The notes under the pieces: model-generated
Told to the model about the DNA's origin: nothing
Database searches by the model: none
Seen by the model: only the letters and a program-made list of their open reading frames with translations
Source: Gemmatimonadales bacterium
GTDB lineage: Bacteria; Gemmatimonadota; Gemmatimonadetes; Gemmatimonadales; GWC2-71-9
Assembly (NCBI GenBank): GCA_036377715.1
Contig: DASUXW010000226.1
Coordinates: forward strand, 1,916 to 65,915
Direction of reading: 5' to 3'
DNA: 64,000 bases
In this document: positions 11,124 through 21,185 of the stretch, in pieces
Layout: every line of letters begins with the position of its first letter
Position numbering within the stretch: the first letter of the stretch is position 1
Program-made: the position numbers and the translations under genes

Positions 11124-11909
11124 ATGAAAGCCATGCGCGACTACATCCTCTGGATAGACCCGATCCCCCGCGCGGGATGGCAGAACATGGCCATCGACAC
11201 GGCGCTCCTGGAGTGCGCCCAGGCTGGGGAGCGGTGGATCCGGCTTTATGGGTGGGAGCCGCATTGCCTCTCGTTTGGACGGCACGAGCCCGCGGCGCGG
11301 CGGTACGATGCGGCGCGCGTGGAGGCGCTCGGGCTGGCCACCGTGCGCCGGCCCACCGGCGGACGAGCGGTGTGGCACGCGCGGGAGCTCACGTACGCGG
11401 TCGCGGCGCCGGGCGAGTGTCTCGGAGCGCTGGACGAAGCGTATCGCGACATTCACCTCGTGCTGCGGGACGCGCTCTGCGCGTTGGGCGTCGAGGCGGC
11501 GCTCGCACCGGCGCAGCGCGCGGCCGGCGTGGACGCGGGCGCCTGCTTCGCGAGCCCGGCCGGCGGTGAGGTGACGGTGGGTGGACGCAAGGTGGTCGGC
11601 AGCGCCCAGCTCCGCGACCGGGGCGCCCTGCTTCAGCACGGCAGCCTCCTGCTGGAAGACGATCAGGCCACGGTGACCAGCGTGACTCGCGGCGAGCCGC
11701 CGCTGGATGCTTCCGCTCCCCTGGCGCGACTGCTCGGCCGCGCCGTACCCCGCGAGCGCGCGGCCGACGCGGTGGCAGCAGCCGCCGCCCGTCGGTGGGG
11801 CCCGCCGGCCGCGCGGGTGGAGACACCGGGCGCCGTGCTTGCCCGCGCCGAGCGCCACGGGCCGTGGTTCCGGTCGCCCGGCTGGACCTGGGCCGGTCGT
11901 GCCGCCTGA
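11124..11909 (+). CDS. Lipoate-protein ligase family protein (BPL/LplA/LipB domain)
   Basis: WQNMAIDTALLE...RLYGWEPHCLSFGRHE...VRRPTGGRAVWHARELTYAV...GRKVVGSAQLR...LQHGSLLL. Start set at ATG 11124; the track ORF starts at 11085 inside the hairpin. Confidence 0.85.
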   Translation: MKAMRDYILWIDPIPRAGWQNMAIDTALLECAQAGERWIRLYGWEPHCLSFGRHEPAARRYDAARVEALGLATVRRPTGGRAVWHARELTYAVAAPGECLGALDEAYRDIHLVLRDALCALGVEAALAPAQRAAGVDAGACFASPAGGEVTVGGRKVVGSAQLRDRGALLQHGSLLLEDDQATVTSVTRGEPPLDASAPLARLLGRAVPRERAADAVAAAAARRWGPPAARVETPGAVLARAERHGPWFRSPGWTWAGRAA

Positions 11910-11971
11910 CGCCGCTCGGCCGCCCTGCTACATTCTCCCATACCCCCGCCATCGCTCACTCCGGAGCTCCT

Positions 11972-13639
11972 GTGACGCGCACGACCTGCCTGGGCGCGTG
12001 CCTCGTCGTGATCGCGGCGGCCGCACACCCGTCCGCCGCGCGCGCGCAGCGCGGCGACGCCGCGCGCCGAAGCATCGTCATCGTGACCGGCCAGGAGGCC
12101 GCGGTCCCGGTGCCGACGCTCATGGAGGGGCCCCAGGCCACCCTGGCCAACTTCGAGATTGCCGACCAGCTCTTTCTCCGCCTGGCTGAGTTGGGGCCCA
12201 CGCTGATGACCGCGGGCGACCGGGCACTTCAGCCGGCCCTGGCCCGGAGTTGGACCCGTCGCGATTCCGTCACGCTCGTCTTCGAGCTCGACCCTCGGGC
12301 CCGCTGGCACGACGGCGTGCCGGTCACCTCGGCGGACGTCCTCTTCACCTTCGCGCGGGCCCGCGACCCGAGGCTCTGTCCCGGACTCGCCAAGCTCCTC
12401 GGCCGGATCGTGTCGGTAACCGCCGAGGACGACCACCGCGTCGTGTTCCGCTATTCGCGTCCCTACGCGGAGCAGCTCTACGACGCCGCCTTCCACGTGG
12501 CGCCGCTCCCGAAGCACCTGCTGGCCGGAATTCCGGCCGACTCGCTCGCGTCCTCGCCGTTCGTCCAGGCACCGGTCGGCGACGGCGCGTACCGCTGGGT
12601 GCGCCGCGCGCCGGGCGAGTTCATCGAGCTCGCGGCGAACGAGCGGTTCTTCCTGGGCGCCCCGGCGATCCGCCGCGTGGTGTTCCGGGTCGCGTCCGAC
12701 GCCGAAACCCGCGTCAACATGGTGCTCGCCGGAGACGCCGACGCCATGGACAACATTCCCCCGCCGCGGGCGAACATCGCGCGGGTCCAGGCCGATCGGG
12801 ATCTCCGCATCATCCCGGTGCCGAGCCCTTCGGTCGGCTATCTGCTCTTCAATCAGCGCGACCCGCGCGACACCACGCGGCCGCATCCGGTGCTCGCCGA
12901 CGTGCGCGTCCGCCGTGCCCTCGGCCTCGCCCTCGATCGGCGGCTGATGGTCCGCGCCACCTTCGGATCCGCCGCCGACGTGCCCTACGGCCCCGCGTCG
13001 CCGGTGCTGTGGATCCGCCACGGCGCCCCGCAGCCACTGCGGCAGAATGTTCCCCAGGCCCGGCGGCTCCTCGCGGCGGCCGGCTGGGCGGACCATGACG
13101 GCGACGGCGTGCTCGACCGGGGCGGCCGGCCGCTGGCCCTCACGATGACGCTCCCCAGCACCAGCGCCATCCGGCAGCAGATGGCGCTCCAGATCCAGGA
13201 GCAGTTGCGCGGGGTGGGCGTCCGGCTCGAGCTCGAGCAGATGGAAGGCCCGGTCTGGAACGAGCGACGCAACGCGGGCGGGTTCGACGTCGACTTCTCC
13301 GCGGTGACCCAGGATCCCTCGCCCAGCGGGCTCTCGCAGGCGTGGTCGTGCGGGGGCCGCACCAACGTCGCCCACTACTGCGATCCCGGCGTGGACTCGC
13401 TGCTCGAGGCGGCGGCGCGCGCCACGGAGAACGCGGGACCGGCCTGGCACGACGTGCTGCGACGGATCGAGGCCAGCGCCCCCGCGGTCTTTCTCTACGC
13501 GCCGAGCTATCTCTACGCCGTCCACCGCCGCTTCACCAACGTGCGGATCCGGCCGGAATCGTCGTGGCTGTCGCTGCGCGAGTGGTCGGTGGCCGCGCCG
13601 GTGGCCGCGCCGGCGGCCGAGCGCGCCGCGAGCTATTGA
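11972..13639 (+). CDS. ABC transporter substrate-binding protein, family 5 (peptide/nickel, DppA/OppA-like)
   Basis: An in-frame GTG precedes the signal peptide TRTTCLGACLVVIAAAAHPSAARAQ. Family 5 SBP length and motifs are present. It is the first gene of a five-gene importer operon. Confidence 0.85.
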   Translation: MTRTTCLGACLVVIAAAAHPSAARAQRGDAARRSIVIVTGQEAAVPVPTLMEGPQATLANFEIADQLFLRLAELGPTLMTAGDRALQPALARSWTRRDSVTLVFELDPRARWHDGVPVTSADVLFTFARARDPRLCPGLAKLLGRIVSVTAEDDHRVVFRYSRPYAEQLYDAAFHVAPLPKHLLAGIPADSLASSPFVQAPVGDGAYRWVRRAPGEFIELAANERFFLGAPAIRRVVFRVASDAETRVNMVLAGDADAMDNIPPPRANIARVQADRDLRIIPVPSPSVGYLLFNQRDPRDTTRPHPVLADVRVRRALGLALDRRLMVRATFGSAADVPYGPASPVLWIRHGAPQPLRQNVPQARRLLAAAGWADHDGDGVLDRGGRPLALTMTLPSTSAIRQQMALQIQEQLRGVGVRLELEQMEGPVWNERRNAGGFDVDFSAVTQDPSPSGLSQAWSCGGRTNVAHYCDPGVDSLLEAAARATENAGPAWHDVLRRIEASAPAVFLYAPSYLYAVHRRFTNVRIRPESSWLSLREWSVAAPVAAPAAERAASY

Positions 13640-13640
13640 G

Positions 13641-14606
13641 GTGGGGCGCTGGCTCGCGCGCAGGACGGCGGAGGCGGTGGTCACGCTCGGGCTCGCGGTG
13701 GTGCTGCTGTTCCTCCTGACTCATATCCTCCCCGGCGATCCGCTCTCCCGCCTCGCCGAAGGGCGGCCCCTCGGCGCCGATGAGATCGCGGCGCTCCGGG
13801 CGCGATATGGGCTCGACCGGCCGCTGCTCTCCCAGCTCGGCGCCTTTCTCGCGGGGCTCGTGCGCGGTGATCTCGGCACGTCCATTGAGTACGGCCGGCC
13901 GGTACGCGCGCTGCTCATGGAGCGGCTTCCCGCGACGCTCCTCCTCGGCGGAACGGTCCTGCTCCTGAATTTTTCCGTGGGCCTGTGGCTCGGCGTGCGA
14001 CAGGCGGTCCGGAAGGGAAGCCTCGAGGATCGCTGGCTCGGGACGCTCTCGCTGGCGGGCTACGCCACGCCGTCGTTCTGGCTCGGCCTGGTGCTGGCGT
14101 GGCTGGTCGGCGTCGAGTGGCGGCTGCTGCCGGCCGGGGGGATGCGTGATCCGCTGGCCGAGAGCGGTGGCCTTGCCGGCACCGCCGACGTGCTGCGGCA
14201 CCTGGCGCTCCCTGCGCTCACGCTCTGCGTCGTGAGCATCGCCGCCACCATGCGCTACCAGCGCGACGCCATGCTCGATGCGCTTCGGCTCCCCTGCGTG
14301 GTGACGGCGCGCGCCAAGGGCGTAAACGAGGGCTCGGTCGTGTGGCGGCACGCCTGGCGCAACGCGCTCTTTCCGGTGCTCACCCTGTTCGGGCTCTGGC
14401 TGCCGGTGCTGGTGACGGGCTCGGTATTCGTCGAGGCGGTGTTCGCCTGGCCGGGGCTGGGGTCCCTGGCCGCCTCCGCGGTGGGCAACCGGGACTACCC
14501 CCTGCTGATGGGGGCCTCGATACTCGTGGCGGTGGTGGTGGTCGTCGCCAATCTGCTCGCCGACCTGGCCTACGCTGCCCTGGATCCCCGGGTCCGACTC
14601 TCGTGA
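13641..14606 (+). CDS. ABC transporter permease (DppB/OppB-like)
   Basis: GTG start 1 nt after the SBP stop. Six TM segments. The EAA-loop region is RAKGVNEGSVVWRHAWRNAL. Confidence 0.9.
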   Translation: MGRWLARRTAEAVVTLGLAVVLLFLLTHILPGDPLSRLAEGRPLGADEIAALRARYGLDRPLLSQLGAFLAGLVRGDLGTSIEYGRPVRALLMERLPATLLLGGTVLLLNFSVGLWLGVRQAVRKGSLEDRWLGTLSLAGYATPSFWLGLVLAWLVGVEWRLLPAGGMRDPLAESGGLAGTADVLRHLALPALTLCVVSIAATMRYQRDAMLDALRLPCVVTARAKGVNEGSVVWRHAWRNALFPVLTLFGLWLPVLVTGSVFVEAVFAWPGLGSLAASAVGNRDYPLLMGASILVAVVVVVANLLADLAYAALDPRVRLS

Positions 14607-15445
14607 GCGGTGCGGCGCGCGCGCTGCGCGCGGTGTGGCGGGCCCCGAGCGGACGCTCGGGGCTGGTGTTCCTGCTCTTCCTCGTGCTCCTCGCCGTGGC
14701 CGGGCCGCTGCTCCTGCCCGACCCCTTCCGCCAGTTCGACATTCTCGAGCTGGCCGGTGCGCCGCCGAGCGCGGACCATCCGTTCGGCACCGACCAGTTG
14801 AGCCGCGACGTCCTGTCGCGGGTGGTGAGCGGCGCCCGGGTTTCGCTGGCGGTGGCGGCGCTGGCCGTGGCGCTCTCGATCACCCTCGGCGCCGGCGTCG
14901 GTCTCGTGGCGGGCTACCAGGGCGGCGCGGTGGACGCGGTGCTCATGCGGCTCGTGGACGGCGCGCTGGCGGTGCCGCGCCTGTTCCTGCTGCTGCTGGT
15001 GCTGGCCGTGCCGGAACGGGTGCCGCTCATCGCGCTGATCGTGCTCATCGGAGCGACCGGCTGGTTCGCCACCAGCCGGCTGGTGCGCGGCGAGGTGCTC
15101 CGGCTCCGCGAGGAGGCGTACGTGCGCGCCGCCGAGGCGCTCGGTGCCACGCGGCGACGGATTATCTTCCGGCATCTGCTGGTGAACACCGCGGGCCCGC
15201 TGCTCGTCGCCGCGACGCTGGGCGTAGGGGACGTGATCCTGCTCGAAGCAGGCCTCTCCTTTCTCGGCCTCGGCGTGCAACCGCCCACGCCATCGTGGGG
15301 CGGGATGATCCTCGACGCGCGCTCCGTGCTGGTGACGGCTCCCTGGGTGGGAATTTTCCCGGGCGTCGCGATCACCCTCACCGTGCTGGCCACCAACCTC
15401 GTCGGCGACGCCCTCCGCGACGCCATCGACCCCCGAGGCGCATGA
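14603..15445 (+). CDS. ABC transporter permease (DppC/OppC-like)
   Basis: GTGA overlap with the upstream stop. [16 protein letters not shown] is the DppC N-terminal hallmark, and the EAA loop is [18 protein letters not shown]. Confidence 0.9.
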   Translation: MSGAARALRAVWRAPSGRSGLVFLLFLVLLAVAGPLLLPDPFRQFDILELAGAPPSADHPFGTDQLSRDVLSRVVSGARVSLAVAALAVALSITLGAGVGLVAGYQGGAVDAVLMRLVDGALAVPRLFLLLLVLAVPERVPLIALIVLIGATGWFATSRLVRGEVLRLREEAYVRAAEALGATRRRIIFRHLLVNTAGPLLVAATLGVGDVILLEAGLSFLGLGVQPPTPSWGGMILDARSVLVTAPWVGIFPGVAITLTVLATNLVGDALRDAIDPRGA

Positions 15446-16413
15446 CCCGAGTCCTCGAAGTCCGCGATCTGGCGGTGTCGTTCCCCGAGCCCGGGGGCGG
15501 GCGCTTCCGTCCGGTGGATGGTGTGAGTTTCACGCTCGACCGCGGGGAGACGCTGGCGCTGGTGGGCGAGTCGGGTTGCGGCAAGAGCCTGACCAGCCTC
15601 GCGCTGCTCCGCCTGGTGCCGCCGCCGGGCCGGGTCGATCCCGGCAGCGTGGTGCGGCTCCGGGACACCGACGTGCTCGCCCTCGACCAGGCCGCGCTCC
15701 GGCGCGTCCGCGGCCGCCGCATCGGGATGATCTTCCAGGACCCGATGACCAGCCTCAACCCGGTCTTCACCGTGGGAGACCAGATCGCGGAGGGGATCCG
15801 GGCGCACTTCCCGGTCTCGCGCCAGGACGCCCGCGCGCGGGCACTGCGGCTCCTGCAGGAAGTGGGCATCCCCGATCCCGCCGGCCGGCTCGACGCCTAT
15901 CCCCACCAATTGAGCGGCGGGATGCGGCAGCGGGTCATGATCGCCATCGCGCTCGCCGCCGAGCCCGAGATCCTCGTCGCCGACGAGCCCACCACCGCGC
16001 TCGACGTCACGGTGCAGGCGCAGATCCTCGAGGTGCTCGACGAGCTGCGGCGGAGCCGCGGGATGGCGGTGCTGCTCATCACCCACGATCTCGGCATCGT
16101 CGCCGGGCGCGCCGATCGCGTGGCGGTGATGTACGCGGGGCAGATCGTCGAGGAGGCACCCACCGCCGAGCTGTTCGCCAACCCGTGCCATCCCTACACG
16201 CAGGGGCTCTTCGCGTCGGTGCCACGCATCTCGGGACCGGTCCAGCGGCTCACGCCGATCAGCGGCACCGTGCCCCCGCCCACCGACTGGCCGACCGGCT
16301 GCCGGTTCCGCCCGCGCTGCCCGCAGGCATTCGAGAAGAGCGTGCTCCCTCCCGACCTGATGCCGGTCGGGCCCGACCACCGGATGCGCTGCTGGCTCGC
16401 GGAGGAGCCATGA
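15442..16413 (+). CDS. Peptide ABC transporter ATP-binding protein (DppD/OppD-like)
   Basis: ATGA overlap. [34 protein letters not shown], and the C-terminal HPYTQGL oligopeptide domain. Confidence 0.93.
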   Translation: MTRVLEVRDLAVSFPEPGGGRFRPVDGVSFTLDRGETLALVGESGCGKSLTSLALLRLVPPPGRVDPGSVVRLRDTDVLALDQAALRRVRGRRIGMIFQDPMTSLNPVFTVGDQIAEGIRAHFPVSRQDARARALRLLQEVGIPDPAGRLDAYPHQLSGGMRQRVMIAIALAAEPEILVADEPTTALDVTVQAQILEVLDELRRSRGMAVLLITHDLGIVAGRADRVAVMYAGQIVEEAPTAELFANPCHPYTQGLFASVPRISGPVQRLTPISGTVPPPTDWPTGCRFRPRCPQAFEKSVLPPDLMPVGPDHRMRCWLAEEP

Positions 16414-17423
16414 CGGCGCTCCTCGAGGTGCGCGATCTCGTCAAGTACTACACCGCCGGCGGACTGTTCCGCGGCAGCGCACCCCCCGTGCGGGCCGTGG
16501 ACGGCGTCTCCTTCGAGGTCGGGCGCGGCGAGACCCTCGCGCTGGTGGGCGAGAGCGGGTGCGGAAAGTCGTCCGTCGGGCGGACCATTCTGCGCCTGCA
16601 GGAGCCCACCGGCGGTCAGGTCGTGTTCGAAGGAAACGACGTGTTCGCCCTCGATCGGACATCGCTTCGCCGGCTGCGCCGGCGCATGCAGATCATCTTC
16701 CAGGACCCCTACAGCAGTCTCAACCCGCGCATGTCGGTGGGCGCGGCCATCGCGGAGGGGATCGAGATCCACCACCTGGCCCGCGGCGCCGAGATCGGCC
16801 GCCGGGTCGGCGCGCTGCTGGAGGAGGTAGGGCTCGACCCCGGCTATGCGCGGCGGTATCCGCACGAGTTCTCCGGCGGGCAGCGCCAGCGGATCGGGAT
16901 TGCGCGCGCGCTCGCGGTGGAGCCCAGCTTCATCGTGTGCGACGAGCCGGTCTCCGCCCTCGACGTCTCGGTGCAGGCGCAGGTGATCAATCTCCTCGCC
17001 GACCTGCAGCGCGACCGCGGGCTCGCCTACCTGTTCATCGCGCACGATCTCGCCGTCGTGCGACAAATCGCGCAGCGAATCGCGGTGATGTACCTCGGCC
17101 GAATCGTGGAGTCCGGGGCGACCGAGGCGCTGCTGGCGGACCCGCGCCACCCGTACACGGTGGCGCTCCTGTCCGCCGTGCCCGAACCCGACCCGGAGCG
17201 GCAGCGGGGCCGGATCGTGCTGACCGGTGACCTGCCGAGCCCGTCGAATCCCCCGCCGGGCTGCCCCTTTCATACCCGCTGCTGGCACCCGTCGAAGAAC
17301 GAGCGGTGCCGGATCGAGGTCCCGGCGCTCCGGCCGGTCGGCGAGACCCTGGCCGCCTGCCACTACGCCGAGCTCACGCCGGCCGCCGAGGCACTGGTCG
17401 AGGCGCCCGAAGCCCAGCCGTGA
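16410..17423 (+). CDS. Peptide ABC transporter ATP-binding protein (DppF/OppF-like)
   Basis: ATGA overlap. [35 protein letters not shown], and HPYT...[10 protein letters not shown]. Confidence 0.93.
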   Translation: MTALLEVRDLVKYYTAGGLFRGSAPPVRAVDGVSFEVGRGETLALVGESGCGKSSVGRTILRLQEPTGGQVVFEGNDVFALDRTSLRRLRRRMQIIFQDPYSSLNPRMSVGAAIAEGIEIHHLARGAEIGRRVGALLEEVGLDPGYARRYPHEFSGGQRQRIGIARALAVEPSFIVCDEPVSALDVSVQAQVINLLADLQRDRGLAYLFIAHDLAVVRQIAQRIAVMYLGRIVESGATEALLADPRHPYTVALLSAVPEPDPERQRGRIVLTGDLPSPSNPPPGCPFHTRCWHPSKNERCRIEVPALRPVGETLAACHYAELTPAAEALVEAPEAQP

Positions 17424-17496
17424 GACCGGTCACTTCATCTCACCCCGGTCGGGGCCATGTTGAAGGGCAGCACATGGACTCGAACAGGAGCATAAG

Positions 17497-17718
17497 ATGA
17501 GCGATAATAAGGACCTGGCGACCGAGGGCATGAAGGACCAGCTCGAGGGCGCGGCCAAGCGGGTGGAAGGCCGGGTGCGCGGCACGGCAGGCGCCGCGAC
17601 CGGCGACACCGGCCAGCAGATCAAGGGCAAGGCGCAGGAGATCAAGGGCAAGATCAAGCAGTCGATCGGCCGGGCGAAGCAGGAGAGCGACCCGGAACCC
17701 GGCGTCGACGACGCCTGA
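17497..17718 (+). CDS. CsbD-family stress-response protein
   Basis: 73 aa. The KDQLEGAAKRVEGRVRG...GKAQEIKGKIKQ pattern is typical of CsbD. An AGGAG motif lies 7 nt upstream of the ATG. Confidence 0.85.
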   Translation: MSDNKDLATEGMKDQLEGAAKRVEGRVRGTAGAATGDTGQQIKGKAQEIKGKIKQSIGRAKQESDPEPGVDDA

Positions 17719-17728
17719 CCCCCTCGCG

Positions 17729-17760
17729 TGGCGGCCGCCGGCACATGCCGGCGGCCGCCA
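17729..17760 (+). terminator. Perfect 15-bp GC-rich hairpin after the csbD-like gene (no U-tract)
   Basis: TGGCGGCCGCCGGCA-CA-TGCCGGCGGCCGCCA starts 11 nt after the stop codon. Confidence 0.5.
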
Positions 17761-17929
17761 TCGCATCCTGCCCCTTCACTTCCCCGCCTGCCATTTCTTA
17801 CTTCCATCGCCCTGACCGTACCCGCTCCGCGGCCGCCACGCGGGTTGACCTCGTTGGCGTGCGCCCCGCCGGCGATCGCGTCCAGCTCGGCGGCCCGGCG
17901 GTCAAACTGCTCCGCGGCGAGGTGGTGCA

Positions 17930-18259
17930 ATGAATCCGGTCGAGGCATTCGAGACGTTGGACCTGCGCGTCGGCCGGGTGATCCGGGCCGAGCCCAACGA
18001 GCGCGCCCGCAAGCCGGCGTACAAGCTGTGGATCGACTTCGGCCCACTGGGAGAGAAGACGTCGAGCGCCCAGCTCCGGGCGCTCTACTCGGCGGAGGAG
18101 CTGGTGGGTCGCCTGGTCATCGCGGCGGTGAACCTCGGCACGCGTAACATCGCGGGGTTCACCTCGGAGGTGCTGGTGCTGGGGCTCCCCGACGCGCAAG
18201 GGAATGTCGTATTGCTGGCGAGCGAGCGGGAAGTGCCGGTGGGAGGGCGGGTGTTTTGA
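17930..18259 (+). CDS. csaA: tRNA-binding domain protein (CsaA/YgjH-like chaperone)
   Basis: 109 aa. LDLRVGRVIRAEPNERARKPAYKLWIDFG...VLVLG has the EMAP/CsaA OB-fold signature. Confidence 0.8.
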   Translation: MNPVEAFETLDLRVGRVIRAEPNERARKPAYKLWIDFGPLGEKTSSAQLRALYSAEELVGRLVIAAVNLGTRNIAGFTSEVLVLGLPDAQGNVVLLASEREVPVGGRVF

Positions 18260-18262
18260 GGT

Positions 18263-18330
18263 CAGTCGTGGGTCGTGGGTCGTGAGTCGCCGTCAAACAC
18301 TCACGACTCACGACGTACGACTAACGACTG
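18263..18330. repeat. Hairpin with tandem 7-mer arms (GTCGTGG x2-3 / complement)
   Basis: cagtcgtgggtcgtgggtcgtgagtcg - ccgtcaaaca - ctcacgactcacgacgtacgactaacgactg. It fills the spacer between the convergent stops at 18259(+) and 18321(-). Confidence 0.7.
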
Positions 18331-18737
18331 TCCTCCGGCACCGGCCGCACCACCAACCCCGTCACCGCCCCGTCCCGGGCCAGGCTCCATTCGATCAGGA
18401 CCGGACGGCGGGAGGTGTCGAACGACGCGGTGCGCTTGTAGATGCGGAATGGGGCCACGGAATCGACCCGCTCCTCGAGCGCGCGGCGCTCGGGGCCGAG
18501 GCGGTTCACGGCGCGCCCGGCGAAGCTGGCCAGGTCGGCGACGCTGCCGAAGCTCTGGCGCATTTCGGGAGAGAACCTGTCCCACAGCTTCTGGTACTGA
18601 CTGGCGTAGAGCCAGCTCGTGTAGAGCCGCCCCTGCTCCAGCGTGCGGGGCGACTCCCCGCCCCGCGGGGAGCACGCCCCGAGCACGACCGCGGCGAACA
18701 GTGCCCAGCGCCGGACCCTCACCACGGGAGCAGACAT
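18321..18737 (-). CDS. Lipoprotein, hypothetical (possibly DUF3887-like)
   Basis: Signal peptide with lipobox: MSAPVVRVRRWALFAAVVLGAC. Start taken at the third in-frame Met; the track ORF starts at 18761. Confidence 0.65.
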   Translation of the reverse strand: MSAPVVRVRRWALFAAVVLGACSPRGGESPRTLEQGRLYTSWLYASQYQKLWDRFSPEMRQSFGSVADLASFAGRAVNRLGPERRALEERVDSVAPFRIYKRTASFDTSRRPVLIEWSLARDGAVTGLVVRPVPEDSR

Positions 18738-19560
18738 GCGGGTGTACATCTCCGTCGACATGGAAGGCGTAGCCGGCGTCGTCCACGAGGATCAGACCGA
18801 TCCGATCGACCCCCGGCACGCGGGAGAGTATAACAGGTTTCGCCGTCTGATGACGGGCGAGGCGAACGCGGCCATCGAAGGCGCACTCGCCGCGGGCGCC
18901 GCACGGGTACTCGTGAACGACAGCCACTGGCTCATGATGAACCTGCTCGCCGAGGAGCTGCACCCGGCCGCCGAGCTGCTGAGCGGCGGGCCGAAGATGC
19001 TGTCCATGGTCGAAGGCATCGAGCTCGGGTTCGATGCCGCGCTGTTCATCGGCTATCACGCGCGCGCCGGCACCGGGCACGCGATCATCGACCACACCTA
19101 CACCGACCGCATTCACGAGGCGCGGCTCAACGGCCAGCCGGTGGGCGAGCTCGCCATCAACGCGGCGCTGGCCGGCACGTACGGCGTCCCGGTGGTCATG
19201 GTGAGCGGCGACCAGGCGCTGGCGGCCGAGGCCCGCGCGGTGCTGGGGCCCTCGGTGGAGACGGTGGTGGTGAAGCACGCGGTGGGCCGGTTCGCGGCGC
19301 GGAGTGTGGCGCCTGTCGAGGCGCGCCGGCTGATCCGGGAAGGAGCCGTCGAGGCGCTCCGGCGCCCGCACGTGCCGCTCCGGCTCGCGCCACCCGTCCG
19401 ACTGGAGGCGGAGTTCCGGGCGACGCAGATGGCCGACATGGCCGAACTGGTGCCGGGCTCGGTCCGCACCGCCGGCCGGACCGTGGCCTACGAGCACGAC
19501 GACTTCCGGGAGGTGTTCCGCGCCTGGCGCGCGATGTACAACCTGGCCCTGGTGGATTGA
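18736..19560 (+). CDS. Peptidase M55, D-aminopeptidase (Bacillus DppA-type)
   Basis: MRVYISVDMEGVAGVVHEDQ matches the invariant M55 N-terminus. Followed by NDSHW...GYHARAG. Confidence 0.88.
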   Translation: MRVYISVDMEGVAGVVHEDQTDPIDPRHAGEYNRFRRLMTGEANAAIEGALAAGAARVLVNDSHWLMMNLLAEELHPAAELLSGGPKMLSMVEGIELGFDAALFIGYHARAGTGHAIIDHTYTDRIHEARLNGQPVGELAINAALAGTYGVPVVMVSGDQALAAEARAVLGPSVETVVVKHAVGRFAARSVAPVEARRLIREGAVEALRRPHVPLRLAPPVRLEAEFRATQMADMAELVPGSVRTAGRTVAYEHDDFREVFRAWRAMYNLALVD

Positions 19561-19570
19561 GGGCGCGCGC

Positions 19571-21097
19571 TCAGCCGGTCGCGCGCTCCATCGCAAGCTC
19601 CGACTCGAGGCTCGCCAGGTCGCGACCCACCGTGGCCACGGCCAGCAGGCGGCCGCCGCCGAGATACCGCACCGCGGCGTCGCCGGCCGACAGATCGCCG
19701 TCCAGCTCGAGCTGGTCCCACCGTTCGGCATGGCCGACGTAGTTGATCACCCGGTCGTAGTGCGCGCTCCAGAAGAACGGCACCGCGTCGAACCGTTCCC
19801 CGGCTCCGAGCATGTTGCGGGCGGCCGCCTGGCCCTGGCGCTGCGCCACCACCCAATGCTCCACTCGGATACGGGCCCCGGTGTGCGGATCGGGCCAGCG
19901 CGCGATGTCGCCGGCGGCGAAGATGCCCGGCGCGCTCGTGGCCAGATGCTCGTCCACGCTGACGCCGCGGTCCAGCGCCAGACCCGCAGCCTCGGCCAGC
20001 TCCAGATTCGGCCGTACCCCGATCCCGGCGACCACCAGGTCGGCCCGCAGCCCCTCGCCCGAGTCGAGCGTGACCGTCCCGTCCCGGATCTCACGGGCTT
20101 TCCGCCCCAGGTGGAACACGACCCCGTGCTCCTCGTGCAGCGCGCGGATCCAGTCGCCCAGCTCCGGCCCCATGATTCGGCCCAGCGGCCGGACGTCGGG
20201 CGCGATCACGTGAACCTCCATGCGCCGGGTCCGGAGCGACGCCGCGACCTCGAGACCGATGAAGCTCGCGCCAAGCACGACGGCCTTCCCGCCGGCGCGG
20301 GCCGCGGCCGCGATCCGGCGGCTGTCCGCCAGGGTGCGGAGATAGTGGACGGCCGGCCGGGCGCCGTCGAACTCGGGACCCAGCCGGACCGGACTGGCGC
20401 CCGTGGCGAGCAGCAGCGCGTCGTACGGCAGCTCCGCGCCGTCGTCGAGGCGTACGCGTCGCGCCGAGACGTCGATGGCGGTCACGCGCGGCCCGCGGCG
20501 CAGCTCGATGCCCTTCTTCTCGTAGAAGTCCGGCGGGTGCAGCGGAATCCATTCCTCAGGGGCATTGCCGGCCAGATAGTCCTTGGAGAGGTTGGGGCGG
20601 TCGTAGGGCGCGTCGCGGTCTGGGTCCACGATCACGATCCCGCCCTCGTACCCTTCCCGGCGGAGCGTCTCCGCGGCGCTGTCGCCCGCAGCGCCGGCGC
20701 CGATGATCACCACCCGCTCGGGGACGCGGCCGCGCGCCGCCGGAACCGCCGCCGGTTTGCGCCTGGCACCCACGAGCACCCGCCCATCCCGGCGTTCGAC
20801 CGTCCAGCTCGGAATGTCGTTCAGCGCCGGCGGCCGGAGCACGCGGCCGGTGCGGAGGCTGAAACAGGCATGGTGCCACGGGCAGCGCACGGTTTCGCCG
20901 ACCACGAGCCCCTCGCCGAGCGGACCACTGTAGTGGGTGCACACGGCGCCCACCGCGAACCATTCCTCGCCGCGGCGCGCGAGCAGCACCGCCTCGCCGT
21001 CCACGTGACCGACCAGCGTGCCGCCGTCGGGAACGTCGGTCTCGAGAATTCCCTGCTTCAGGTCGGGGCCGGTGGGACCTTCGTTCTCCGCAGTCAT
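19571..21097 (-). CDS. Rieske [2Fe-2S] domain fused to FAD/NAD(P)-dependent pyridine nucleotide-disulfide oxidoreductase (ferredoxin reductase / AIF-like)
   Basis: The Rieske motifs are CTHYSGPL...CPWHHACF. The dinucleotide folds are VVIIGAGAAG and AVVLGASFIGLEVA. GDIARW is near the C-terminus. A GAGGAG SD precedes the ATG. Confidence 0.9.
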   Translation of the reverse strand: MTAENEGPTGPDLKQGILETDVPDGGTLVGHVDGEAVLLARRGEEWFAVGAVCTHYSGPLGEGLVVGETVRCPWHHACFSLRTGRVLRPPALNDIPSWTVERRDGRVLVGARRKPAAVPAARGRVPERVVIIGAGAAGDSAAETLRREGYEGGIVIVDPDRDAPYDRPNLSKDYLAGNAPEEWIPLHPPDFYEKKGIELRRGPRVTAIDVSARRVRLDDGAELPYDALLLATGASPVRLGPEFDGARPAVHYLRTLADSRRIAAAARAGGKAVVLGASFIGLEVAASLRTRRMEVHVIAPDVRPLGRIMGPELGDWIRALHEEHGVVFHLGRKAREIRDGTVTLDSGEGLRADLVVAGIGVRPNLELAEAAGLALDRGVSVDEHLATSAPGIFAAGDIARWPDPHTGARIRVEHWVVAQRQGQAAARNMLGAGERFDAVPFFWSAHYDRVINYVGHAERWDQLELDGDLSAGDAAVRYLGGGRLLAVATVGRDLASLESELAMERATG

Positions 21098-21185
21098 GCT
21101 GTCACGCTCCTCGTCCGGGTTGCGGTACGAGGGAAGGGTAACCCGTCAAGCGCGAAGGGAAAGGCGGGAGCGGCCGCCGCCGCGC

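Noticed and set aside
17424-17496. Possible sigma-B-type promoter (GTTGAA...GGACTC) upstream of the csbD-like gene.
   Set aside because: The match to the Bacillus GTTTaa-N14-GGGtAt consensus is weak, and there is no evidence that this lineage has sigma-B. It is not supportable from the sequence alone.
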